A stretch of DNA of 28,878 bases from Bacteroidaceae bacterium (GTDB taxonomy: Bacteria; Spirochaetota; Spirochaetia; Sphaerochaetales; Sphaerochaetaceae), in contig CAVGEF010000110.1 of the NCBI GenBank assembly GCA_963628205.1, positions 1 to 28,878 on the forward strand, read 5' to 3'. Each line of letters starts with the position of its first letter. The first letter of the stretch is position 1. The position numbers were made by a program, and so were the translations under genes. Under the pieces are notes generated by a model. That model saw nothing but the letters and a program-made list of their open reading frames with translations, was not told the origin of the DNA and did not search any database. Of the stretch, positions 17,055-25,496 are shown in pieces.

Positions 17055-19238
17055 TTAAGCCTTAAAGCGTTTAAGACTTAAAGCATTAAGCACAACAGAA
17101 AGACTTGAAAGGCTCATACATAAAGCTGCAAGCATAGGATCAAGAGTGGGTCCGCCAAACAAAGTTAAAAGGCCTGCAGCGACAGGAATGCCCAAAGTAT
17201 TATAGAAGAAAGCCCAAAACAAGCTATGCTTAATATTTTTGATAGTTGCCTTGCTAAGACTTACTGCTGTTGGAACAGAATTAAGATTACTGTTCATGAT
17301 AACAACATCAGAGACTTGCATTGCGGCATCGGTTCCACCTCCCATTGCAATACCAATGTTAGCTTTTTCAAGAGCAGGTGCATCATTTATGCCATCACCA
17401 ACCATAATGCAAGCTTTCTCTTTTTCAATAAAAGAAAGCTTATCCTGTGGCAGCAATGACGCGTGAAAATCATCCAAGCCGGCCTGAGTTGCAATAAGTT
17501 CAGCTGTCTCAGCGTTATCGCCTGTAAGCATTGTAGAAGAAAGTCCAAGCTCTCTTAATTTATCAATTGCACCTTTGGCTTCCGGCCGTAAAGTGTCCAA
17601 AACCTCTATCTTGCCTTTGTACTGGTTATTAAGAGCTACATAAATTTGAGCACTCTTGTTTTCGTTTGAAACAGGCACGCCGTACTCTTTCAAGAGTGCC
17701 TTGTTTCCGGCAAGAATCACACCTTCTTTAGAAACAACTTTAATACCCTTGCCTACAACAGCCTCAAACTCTCCGTCTTCAAGTTCAAGTTCTTGTCCTT
17801 CTTTTTTCTCTAATTCTTCATATGCCTCCAGCACAGCTTTTGCATACGGATGTTCCGATTTCTTCTCTGCAATGGCAGCAAGACGAAGGGTCTCCAAAGA
17901 AGTATAAAAAGAAACCTTAGGCTTGCCCTCTGTAAGGGTGCCGGTCTTGTCAAACATTACATTTTGCATTGTTGAGAGAGTTTCAAGAGCCTCTGCACTG
18001 CGAAACAGTATGCCAAGAGAAGCAGCTTTTCCTGTTGCAACCATAATGGCTATTGGTGTAGCAAGACCCAAAGAACAGGGACAAGCTATAACAAGAACAC
18101 TCACGGCACAGCGCAAAGCAAAAGAAAGTTCTTTTCCTGCAATAAGCCATGCAATGAAAGTTACCACAGCTATAGACATTACTATTGGAACAAAAACTCC
18201 GGAAACTTTGTCTGCAAGTCTGGCAATGGGAGCTTTTGAAGCTTGCGCCTGTTTTACCATTTCAATAATTGAAGAAAGAACAGTATCTTTACCTATCTTT
18301 TGAGTTTGGAATGTAAATGAACCATTTGTATTTATAGTAGCTCCCCAAACTTGTGAGCCAACCGTTTTGGCAACAGGAAGACTTTCTCCTGTGAGCATGC
18401 TTTCATCAACATCACTTGAGCCTTCTGTTACTATGCCGTCTGCTGCTATTTTCTCTCCAGGATGTACCAAAATCATATCACCTACAGCAATATCTTTTGC
18501 ATCTATCTCATACGTTTTCCCGTCTTTGATAACGGTAGCTTTTGCAGGAGCCAACTTCATGAGACTTTTGATGGAATCTCCGGCCTTGCGCCTGGACTTG
18601 AGCTCTATGTGCTTTCCTACCATGACAAGAGTAATTATCATGGCAACACCTTCAAAATAGTATTGGTGGCTCATAGAGTGACCCATTGCCATGTGCTGTG
18701 TATTTTGAATAAGGTTCACTAAGCTATATACAAAACTTGCAGTAGAACCTGTTGCAACAAGACTGTCCATATTTGGTTGTCTTGTAAAAAGATTAAAAAA
18801 TCCTTTTGTGAAAAAAGAATACCCTGCAATCATTACAGGAATACAAAGGGCCATTTGAATCCAGCCACTTACCATTGGCATTTTGGGAAAAACCATTGGG
18901 CCCATGCATAGAACAAAAAGAGGAACAGTGAAAGCAATACATGTATATAATCTAATCAAATGGAGTCTTTCTGTTTTTCTTTCTTCGTTTGAAGAGCTGT
19001 CTTGGTTGTCAAAATCTCCGGGATTTGCAGGAGAGAGGAGTTTATAACCGGCTTTCTTGACTGCATTTTGCAAATCTTCCAATGAAACTTTGTCCTCATC
19101 ATATACTATTGATGCTTCTTCTGCAGCAAGACTTACCTGTGCACTTTCAACCCCTTCTTTTTTTGAAAGAACTCTTTCTACTGAGGCACTGCATGCTGCA
19201 CAGCTCATTCCTTTGACTTTGCAAATTACTTTTTTCAT
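17055..19238 (-). CDS. copA: Cu(I)-translocating P1B-1 ATPase
   Basis: GMSCAAC metal-binding domain, [28 protein letters not shown] and MxxSS transmembrane motifs. Confidence 0.92.
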   Translation of the reverse strand: MKKVICKVKGMSCAACSASVERVLSKKEGVESAQVSLAAEEASIVYDEDKVSLEDLQNAVKKAGYKLLSPANPGDFDNQDSSSNEERKTERLHLIRLYTCIAFTVPLFVLCMGPMVFPKMPMVSGWIQMALCIPVMIAGYSFFTKGFFNLFTRQPNMDSLVATGSTASFVYSLVNLIQNTQHMAMGHSMSHQYYFEGVAMIITLVMVGKHIELKSRRKAGDSIKSLMKLAPAKATVIKDGKTYEIDAKDIAVGDMILVHPGEKIAADGIVTEGSSDVDESMLTGESLPVAKTVGSQVWGATINTNGSFTFQTQKIGKDTVLSSIIEMVKQAQASKAPIARLADKVSGVFVPIVMSIAVVTFIAWLIAGKELSFALRCAVSVLVIACPCSLGLATPIAIMVATGKAASLGILFRSAEALETLSTMQNVMFDKTGTLTEGKPKVSFYTSLETLRLAAIAEKKSEHPYAKAVLEAYEELEKKEGQELELEDGEFEAVVGKGIKVVSKEGVILAGNKALLKEYGVPVSNENKSAQIYVALNNQYKGKIEVLDTLRPEAKGAIDKLRELGLSSTMLTGDNAETAELIATQAGLDDFHASLLPQDKLSFIEKEKACIMVGDGINDAPALEKANIGIAMGGGTDAAMQVSDVVIMNSNLNSVPTAVSLSKATIKNIKHSLFWAFFYNTLGIPVAAGLLTLFGGPTLDPMLAALCMSLSSLSVVLNALSLKRFKA

Positions 19239-19290
19239 TAAAATATCCTTATTTTAAGCTTTTCTCTTAGCTGAAAATTTGAGCAATTAG

Positions 19291-19319
19291 ATTATACTAA
19301 CTGCCCTTTCTAACGACAA
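19291..19319 (-). promoter_or_regulatory. Sigma70-type promoter for copA
   Basis: Minus strand TTGTCG-17 nt-TATAAT. Confidence 0.65.
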
Positions 19320-19350
19320 GTGCATACGACAAGTGCATATATGCAAGTGT
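19313..19350. repeat. 13-bp tandem direct repeat (two exact copies and one partial) with an overlapping 12-bp palindrome
   Basis: ACGACAAGTGCAT at 19313 and 19326; third CAAGTG at 19344; TGCATATATGCA at 19334-19345. Confidence 0.8.
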
Positions 19351-19362
19351 TATTTTTATGGG

Positions 19363-19391
19363 TTGTCTTAAAAGAGTTTGCTATGTATTAT
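19363..19391 (+). promoter_or_regulatory. Possible sigma70-type promoter for pdxK
   Basis: TTGTCT-17 nt-TATTAT. Confidence 0.45.
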
Positions 19392-19470
19392 TTGCCTTGC
19401 CGGTTTTTGAATGGATGTAATAGAGTTCAAAACTTTGAAGCACCCCAAAAACTGCAATAAATCTTGTGAA

Positions 19471-19485
19471 AGAGGTTTTTACAAA
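19471..19485 (+). repeat. Solo end of the dispersed repeat adjoining the pdxK RBS
   Basis: AGAGGTTTTTACAAA directly followed by GGAGG. Confidence 0.6.
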
Positions 19486-19496
19486 GGAGGCCTTAG

Positions 19497-20327
19497 ATGG
19501 ATTACAAGAGAATTTTAACAATACAAGACATTTCATGCGTAGGACAATGCTCTCTCACTGTTGCTCTTCCAATATTATCGGCATGCGGGCTTGAGACTGC
19601 AATTCTTCCTTCTGCTGTGCTTTCTACCCATACAGGTGGTTTTACAGGCTACACATTCAGAGACTTAACAGAAGATATACCTTTGATTGCAGACCATTGG
19701 AATCACGAAGGAATTACATTTGATGCTGTTTATACCGGCTATCTTGGAAGCACAAAACAAATCTCTTATGTCATGGACATAATGGATTCTACTTTAATGA
19801 AGCCCAATGCGCTAAAGATTGTAGACCCTGCCATGGCAGACAACGGCTCTTTGTACTATGGCTTTAACACTGCTTTTGTTAACGAAATGAAAAAATTGTG
19901 CTCTGTGGCCAATATCATTCTTCCCAATATTACGGAAGCATGTTTTTTGACAGACTCCGAATATAAAGAAACATACGACGAAGCATATATCAAAGAACTT
20001 TTATCAAAACTTTCTGACCTTTGTGCCGGAACCGTTGTTCTTACAGGTGTAAGTTATGACTCAAAGACCACAGGCGTTGTTGTATCTTCAAAAGGTCTTG
20101 TTTCTTATTACAAGCACAAGAAAATCAAGAACGGCTGTCATGGAACCGGCGACATATATGCATCTTCTTTTGTGGGAGCTCTTTTGCATAACCACACAGC
20201 AGTTGAAGCTGCAAAAATTGCTGCAGATTACACTGTGAAATGCATTGAAATCACACAAGAGGACCCTGATCACTGGTACGGCGCCCGCTTTGAGCCAATT
20301 TTGAGCTCTTTGATAGAAACTTTGTAA
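19497..20327 (+). CDS. pdxK: Pyridoxal/pyridoxamine kinase (ribokinase fold)
   Basis: QDISCVGQCSLT, LSTHTGGF, YTGYLGS, VDPAMADNG, PNITEA, HGTGD. Confidence 0.85.
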   Translation: MDYKRILTIQDISCVGQCSLTVALPILSACGLETAILPSAVLSTHTGGFTGYTFRDLTEDIPLIADHWNHEGITFDAVYTGYLGSTKQISYVMDIMDSTLMKPNALKIVDPAMADNGSLYYGFNTAFVNEMKKLCSVANIILPNITEACFLTDSEYKETYDEAYIKELLSKLSDLCAGTVVLTGVSYDSKTTGVVVSSKGLVSYYKHKKIKNGCHGTGDIYASSFVGALLHNHTAVEAAKIAADYTVKCIEITQEDPDHWYGARFEPILSSLIETL

Positions 20328-20366
20328 TTTTGCACTTTTTATTTTAACAGAAACTCTACGTTTAAC

Positions 20367-20441
20367 GAAGTTTTTGCAAAATGGGCTTTGTGAAGATTAG
20401 TTTTGCCTTTGCAAGATAAAAGGCAGTTTTGCAAAAACCTC
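20367..20441. mobile_element. Putative 75-bp MITE with 15-bp terminal inverted repeats and a 4-bp target-site duplication (TAAC)
   Basis: Left GAAGTTTTTGCAAAA (20367-20381) and right TTTTGCAAAAACCTC (20427-20441) are 14/15 complementary; TAAC at 20363-20366 and 20442-20445. Confidence 0.6.
20404..20430. terminator. Candidate intrinsic terminator hairpin inside the 75-bp element, between convergent genes
   Basis: TGCCTTT-gcaagata-AAAGGCA followed by GTTTT. Confidence 0.45.
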
Positions 20442-21799
20442 TAACATTGTTTATCCATCATAATGGACATGATTGTTTTATCGGTCTCTTCCATGCCCTC
20501 ACAGCTAATACGGGAAAGATGGCTCATGCTCTCAAGACAATCGCTACCCACAATGCCGCATTCAGGGCCGGGAGCAAAGCCTTTGAGCGCCAGCTTTACA
20601 CTTAGAGCCGATGCCTGCAAGCAGGAATAAATCTTTAAGGCACACGTGTTTTTTGCGCCGTCGCATATTATGCCCGTGAGGTTTCCAACCATAGTATTTA
20701 CAGCTCTGTCCATGGTTTTGCGGTCTCCTCCAAGAAGGTAAACATAAGCGCAAGAAGTGCCAATAGAAGCTGTAAATGCTCCGCAAAGAGCAGAAAGCCT
20801 GTTTTTTCTAGCTGTAAGCGACAGGGCAACAAGTTGGCTTACACAAACAGCACGAACAAGTTTTTCATCGTTACAGCCAAGATATTTAGAGACAATGTAA
20901 ATTGGAACTGTTACAGTAATGCCCTGGTTGCCACTACCACTGTTAATGACAACAGGCATAGAACAACCGCTCATTCTTGCGTCGCTTCCTGCGGCTGCAT
21001 AACTGGCAGCAATGTCAAAAGCCTGTGCCAAACTCTCAGGTTCTTTGTCTATATCATCTTCCAAGGTAGTTTTCCCAACCTGTAAGCCAAACTCCCCTTC
21101 AATGGCATGTTTTGCAATATATAGGTTGGTTTTTACAGCATCAAGCACAAACGGAACATCATTTACAGAAATATGATTTGAAAACTCAATAATGTCATCA
21201 AGCTTGAGAGTTTTCAGAAAATCCCTGTCATTTTCTTTTTCTTGAACATTTGAAGATGCTTTTTCACTCTCTAAAGGGAGGTCTAAGAGAACGACTCCAT
21301 CTTTTTCAAGATGAGAAAACCTGTCGTGCTCGCCTGCTATTGTTGCTACAGCCTCATGAAGAGAAGCTTCTTTAGAGTCTTTTCCAAAAACTTTGACGCT
21401 TACAAAAAGAGGTGGAACATTTGAAACTAAAACAAGTTCAATATCAATCAAAGAAGCTTCTTCTTTTTGTTTTTGAGAAACATTTGAAAGAATACTCAAC
21501 GATTTGGAAGAATCGCCTCCGCTTATACCCAGCGCAATGGCAGCTAAAATACCTTTTAGCTCACAGTTGGGGATACTGACCCCCATTGCATTTTTAACAA
21601 TGTCCCGGGAAGCAAAAACCTGTGCCCTTTCTACACTACAGGCTCTTACACTGTCATAAGAATTTTCTTTTTGAGCACAAAGCAACTCACGAGCCTTGGC
21701 CCCTGCCAAAGCAGCTGCAGCAGGTTCTGTACAACCCATAGCCGGGACCATCTCTTTTTTCAAAAGGGCAATAAGCCTTTCTTTATCCATTGCTTTCAC
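20441..21799 (-). CDS. L-cysteine desulfidase (CdsB/YhaM/CyuA, serine dehydratase alpha-like); start GTG 21799 or ATG 21790
   Basis: PAMGCTEP, KNAMGV.IP, GSDARMSGC..PVVINSGSGNQG, LSALCGA, ICDGAK..CALK. Confidence 0.87.
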   Translation of the reverse strand: MKAMDKERLIALLKKEMVPAMGCTEPAAAALAGAKARELLCAQKENSYDSVRACSVERAQVFASRDIVKNAMGVSIPNCELKGILAAIALGISGGDSSKSLSILSNVSQKQKEEASLIDIELVLVSNVPPLFVSVKVFGKDSKEASLHEAVATIAGEHDRFSHLEKDGVVLLDLPLESEKASSNVQEKENDRDFLKTLKLDDIIEFSNHISVNDVPFVLDAVKTNLYIAKHAIEGEFGLQVGKTTLEDDIDKEPESLAQAFDIAASYAAAGSDARMSGCSMPVVINSGSGNQGITVTVPIYIVSKYLGCNDEKLVRAVCVSQLVALSLTARKNRLSALCGAFTASIGTSCAYVYLLGGDRKTMDRAVNTMVGNLTGIICDGAKNTCALKIYSCLQASALSVKLALKGFAPGPECGIVGSDCLESMSHLSRISCEGMEETDKTIMSIMMDKQC

Positions 21800-21819
21800 T
21801 GAACCTTTTAGAAGCTGTC

Positions 21820-23604
21820 TTATTTTTCTTCATCTTTTTTGATAATAAGATGAAGTTCGTCAAGCTGTTTTTGATCTACATCATTTGGACAATCATCCAT
21901 TGGAGAGACAGCAAAACTGTTCTTTGGGAAAGCAATAACTTCCTTAATTGAAGACATTTCGCTCATTATCATGACCATACGGTCAATACCGGGAGCAATC
22001 CCTCCGTGTGGTGGCGGTCCAAACTTAAACGCATTAAGCAAGAAACCAAACTTCTTTTCACCTTCTTCATCTGAGAAATTACAAATACGGAAAATCCTCT
22101 TTTGAAGTTCTACATCGTGAATTCTTATAGACCCGGATGCACATTCGTAACCATTTACAACCATGTCATACAAATCACCGCGAACTTCTCCCGGGTTTTC
22201 TTCCAAAGTATCAATGTATTTGGCCTGTGGCATACTGAACATGTGGTGAGCTGCTTCCCAATGACCTTCTTCCTCGTTGTACTCAAACAATGGGAAATCA
22301 ACAATCCAACAGAACTCAAAACCAGGCTTAATAATTCCAAGATCCTTTCCAAGTCTTGACCTGATGGCTCCGGCTGATGCACAGCACTTCTTCCAATTCT
22401 CATGAGCGACCATAAGAATGACATCACCGTCATGAGCTCCAAGATATGAGCACAACGCATCTTCAAGTCCCGCAAAGAACTTTGCAGCACTGCCAGAAAG
22501 AGCATTGTTTGCGCCAACCTTTATGAAAGGTACAAATTGAGCGCCGTAAATCTTGGCAGTAGAAGCAATATCATCAAGGTATTTTCTAGTAAAATCAAAA
22601 CCTTCTGTTTTTGGAGCAACAAGTGCCTTAACAAAGCCCTTATTTGACAAAATTGTCTTATATGCGTCAAAAGAGGACTTCATTACAATGTCAGAGATAT
22701 CTTTTATCTCGCATCCAAATCTCAAGTCAGGTTTATCACAACCATAAGTATTCATTGCATCATAGTAATCAATTCTTCTGAAATGAGCCGGCAGTTCATA
22801 ATTCATGACCTCTTTGAATACATGGACAAAAAGTCTTTCCATAAGAGATAAAACATCATCACGCTTAACAAAACTCATCTCAACATCAAGTTGTGTAAAC
22901 TCAAGCTGTCTGTCTCCTCTTGCATCTTCATCTCTGTAGCAACGTGCAATTTGGAAGTACTTATCAAAACCGCCAACCATGAGAAGCTGTTTATAAAGTT
23001 GCGGGCTTTGTGGAAGAGCATAGAACTTTCCTGCATATTTTCTTGACGGAACAAGGAAGTCTCTTGCGCCTTCCGGAGTAGACCTGATAAGAGTTGGAGT
23101 CTCTATCTCATAGAAACCCTCAGTGTAAAGGTATTCTCTAATAGATTTGATAAACTCATGTCTAAGCTTAATCCTGTCCTGCATTCCTTTGGTACGAAGA
23201 TCCAAATATCTATACTTAAGTCTTAAATCCTCGTTGACAGCATTTTCGTTATCAATAACAAATGGCAATGTTGCACATTTTGAAAGAATTGAAATCTTTT
23301 GAGCCTTGACTTCAACCTCTCCTGTTGGCATATCGTGATTTACCATATTAGAAGGTCTAAGCCTGACGAGTCCTGTAACAGCTATACAATACTCCATTTT
23401 GAGTTCAGACGCTGTCTTTTGTAAGTCTTCACTTGCATCATCATCAACGACCACCTGAGTTATTCCATACCTGTCTCTAAGGTTGATAAAATGAAGGGCT
23501 CCGTGGTTTCTATCTCTATGCACCCACCCGTTGAGAACAACCGTTTTCCCTGCGTCCACACCTCTAAGCTGGCCACATGTTACAGTCCGCTGATCAAAAT
23601 TCAT
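21820..23604 (-). CDS. aspS: Aspartate--tRNA ligase (bacterial type with GAD domain)
   Basis: OB fold GWVH..RNHG..FINLRDRYG, LKYRYLDLR, STPEGARDF, QSPQLYKQ, CYRDED, PPHGGIAPGIDR; ATG 23604 with RBS GAGG. Confidence 0.97.
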   Translation of the reverse strand: MNFDQRTVTCGQLRGVDAGKTVVLNGWVHRDRNHGALHFINLRDRYGITQVVVDDDASEDLQKTASELKMEYCIAVTGLVRLRPSNMVNHDMPTGEVEVKAQKISILSKCATLPFVIDNENAVNEDLRLKYRYLDLRTKGMQDRIKLRHEFIKSIREYLYTEGFYEIETPTLIRSTPEGARDFLVPSRKYAGKFYALPQSPQLYKQLLMVGGFDKYFQIARCYRDEDARGDRQLEFTQLDVEMSFVKRDDVLSLMERLFVHVFKEVMNYELPAHFRRIDYYDAMNTYGCDKPDLRFGCEIKDISDIVMKSSFDAYKTILSNKGFVKALVAPKTEGFDFTRKYLDDIASTAKIYGAQFVPFIKVGANNALSGSAAKFFAGLEDALCSYLGAHDGDVILMVAHENWKKCCASAGAIRSRLGKDLGIIKPGFEFCWIVDFPLFEYNEEEGHWEAAHHMFSMPQAKYIDTLEENPGEVRGDLYDMVVNGYECASGSIRIHDVELQKRIFRICNFSDEEGEKKFGFLLNAFKFGPPPHGGIAPGIDRMVMIMSEMSSIKEVIAFPKNSFAVSPMDDCPNDVDQKQLDELHLIIKKDEEK

Positions 23605-23626
23605 TGTATTTACCTCTTGAGCACTC

Positions 23627-23655
23627 ATTTTAGCACTATGCAAAATGCACTTCAA
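23627..23655 (-). promoter_or_regulatory. Sigma70-type promoter for aspS
   Basis: Minus strand TTGAAG-17 nt-TAAAAT with extended -10 TGn. Confidence 0.65.
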
Positions 23656-23656
23656 G

Positions 23657-23671
23657 GAGGTTTTTGAAAAA
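23657..23671 (+). repeat. End of the dispersed repeat next to the aspS -35 box
   Basis: GAGGTTTTTGAAAAA (14/15); possible decayed partner TTTTGTTACAACCAC (11/15) at 23731-23745. Confidence 0.6.
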
Positions 23672-23735
23672 TGAGATTTGTAAGAACCCGGGTAAAGATT
23701 TGCCATTGTTTCAGAGCCTTCGTTACAGGCTTTTG

Positions 23736-23788
23736 TTACAACCACTCTACAATCTACAACCAATCTACAACCAATCATCTACAATCCT
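23736..23788 (+). repeat. Short tandem repeat tract (TCTACAA[CCAA])
   Basis: TCTACAA at 23746, 23753, 23764, 23778; two exact TCTACAACCAA units at 23753-23774. Confidence 0.8.
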
Positions 23789-23791
23789 AAA

Positions 23792-23820
23792 TTGCAAGAA
23801 GACCAAATTGCTGTTAGAAT
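23792..23820 (+). promoter_or_regulatory. Sigma70-type promoter, probably producing a leaderless mRNA
   Basis: TTGCAA-17 nt-TAGAAT with TGn extension; only 6 nt separate the -10 box from ATG 23827. Confidence 0.7.
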
Positions 23821-23826
23821 AGGACT

Positions 23827-24390
23827 ATGAACACAATAAGCAGAATAAAAGCGTTTGACATGTTCACACAAGCTGTAATCAGGCTTGAAAGCAAGGACAA
23901 AGAACTGTTTTCTTGGCCACGCAACCGCGTCACGCTCACGCATGCTCTAGCCGTTCATTTGCACGACTTACTTGAAAATCCCGTTTACTCAGTAGACCTT
24001 TACCCGGCAACAAACAAGTCAAAATACTCCCCCAACCCCGATATCCTTGTCCACAACCGCAAGACAGGCCAACGCATACTTTCTCTTGTATGTCGCAATG
24101 ACTATTTAACAGAAGAGGAGCAAAAAAATCTTTCTTCTCTTATCAAACATGCGCCAAAAGAAAGCGGGAAACCAAACCTGGTGCTCGCAATCTCTTTTAT
24201 GCCTCAAAAAAGCTATATGTTAGTCTATATTGCAAACGAAGACGGCGTAGAATACTACCACTTTGACCGCAACTTAATGATAATGGAGCCGGTTAGAAAA
24301 CGCACAATAGAAGAAAAAACCTGCGATGAGAAACAACCTTCACTTGTAAAAATTGGCAAAGGCGGTAAACAAAAGACCTCCAAAAATTAA
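23827..24390 (+). CDS. Hypothetical protein, PD-(D/E)XK nuclease-fold-like with a degenerate active site
   Basis: NRVTLTHALAVHL, YSVD, NPDILVHNR, then ILSLVCR where (D/E)xK is expected. Fold assignment is from recalled family resemblance. Confidence 0.6.
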   Translation: MNTISRIKAFDMFTQAVIRLESKDKELFSWPRNRVTLTHALAVHLHDLLENPVYSVDLYPATNKSKYSPNPDILVHNRKTGQRILSLVCRNDYLTEEEQKNLSSLIKHAPKESGKPNLVLAISFMPQKSYMLVYIANEDGVEYYHFDRNLMIMEPVRKRTIEEKTCDEKQPSLVKIGKGGKQKTSKN

Positions 24391-24453
24391 AGGGCCCACT
24401 AAAGAATACTACATCCAACTGAAACAGACCGCATAAAAATGACCCGGCTCAAA

Positions 24454-24507
24454 AAAAGGACTGCTGAACGGCTGGAAAAATCCAAAACACAAAAACAGCA
24501 GTCTTTT
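24454..24507. terminator. Long-loop hairpin, possible bidirectional terminator
   Basis: AAAGGACTGCTG ... CAGCAGTCTTTT (12-bp stem, one G-U) enclosing TGGA-AAAA-TCCA; A-run before, T-run after. Confidence 0.45.
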
Positions 24508-24511
24508 ATAA

Positions 24512-24545
24512 GAGGTTTTTGCGGTAAGCGTTTTGCAAAAACCTC
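24512..24545. repeat. 34-bp inverted-pair copy of the dispersed repeat (hairpin) at a convergent junction
   Basis: GAGGTTTTTGC-ggtaagcgtttt-GCAAAAACCTC, perfect 11-bp stem; flanks ATAA / ATAG. Confidence 0.8.
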
Positions 24546-24551
24546 ATAGAA

Positions 24552-25496
24552 TTATTTCACAAGAGCTTGGGCTTTAGCAGCAATATCTTCAGAAGTAAAG
24601 TTAAAAGTCTTAAGAAGGTAGTCAAGTTTGCCAACCTCTCCAAAGCGCTCTCCAACATTTACAAAAGCCATCTTTGTAGGATATGTCTGTGCCAAATGAG
24701 CCGCAACAGCCTCTCCTACACCACCGGCATAACGGGCATTCTCACAAACAAGAATGTGTCCGGTTTCACGGGCAGCTTTCTCAATGAGCGCTGTATCTAA
24801 AGGTTTAATGGTATGAAGGTCAATGAGCCTTGGTTTAAGGCCCTTTTGAGAAAGAATGTCACAAGCTTTCTCTGCCTGTTCCATCATAGTCTCACCAACA
24901 GCAACAATAGTTAAATCGTTGCCGTCTCTGACAACAATGCCTTTTCCAAGTTCAATCTTAGTGCCAACAGGATAGCGGTGAGTTGCTCCCTTTCTGCGAA
25001 TTCTGGTATATGAACTGCGACCGCTTTCATAAGCCTGACGGACAAGCTCATAACAGCTTTGCGTATCAGAAGGGTCAAGAACAATCAAATCAGGAATAAG
25101 GCGCATAAGGCCAATATCTTCAAACGGCATGTGCGTTCCGCCATTAAGTTGCGCTGTAACACCGGGGTCAGTACCAATGAGATGAACTCTTCTTTTTGCA
25201 TAATTCACAGAAAGGAAGAATTGGTCATAAGCTCTTCTGGAAGAGAAAACGCCAAAAGAATGAGCAAAAGGAACAAAACCCATAGAAGAAAGACCTGCTG
25301 CAATGCCAACCATATTGGACTCTGCAATACCGCAGTTGAATGCACGATTGGGAAACTGCTTGAAGAAACTGCCACTTCCAATACAACTTACAAGATCGGC
25401 ATCTAAAAGAACGACTTCAGGGTGTTCTATTGCAAGATCTGTTATGGCTGTAACCATAGCATCTCTCATATTGGCCATATTGGATGTATCTCTCAT
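24552..25496 (-). CDS. Transketolase, C-terminal subunit (pyrimidine-binding and C-terminal domains)
   Basis: LDADL, NCGIAESNMVGIAAG, RAYDQ, NGGTHMPFED, LHTIKPLD; RBS GGAGG and ATGA overlap with the upstream gene. Confidence 0.92.
   Translation of the reverse strand: MRDTSNMANMRDAMVTAITDLAIEHPEVVLLDADLVSCIGSGSFFKQFPNRAFNCGIAESNMVGIAAGLSSMGFVPFAHSFGVFSSRRAYDQFFLSVNYAKRRVHLIGTDPGVTAQLNGGTHMPFEDIGLMRLIPDLIVLDPSDTQSCYELVRQAYESGRSSYTRIRRKGATHRYPVGTKIELGKGIVVRDGNDLTIVAVGETMMEQAEKACDILSQKGLKPRLIDLHTIKPLDTALIEKAARETGHILVCENARYAGGVGEAVAAHLAQTYPTKMAFVNVGERFGEVGKLDYLLKTFNFTSEDIAAKAQALVK

Noticed and set aside
19313..19350. CRISPR mini-array (also considered for 23736-23788 and 14698-14752)
   Set aside because: Units are 7-13 bp, adjacent without unique spacers, and there are no cas genes.
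23605..23778. 58-aa N-terminal extension of AspRS in the ORF track
   Set aside because: It runs through a well-formed promoter and tandem repeat DNA; ATG 23604 has an RBS and matches the usual AspRS N-terminus.
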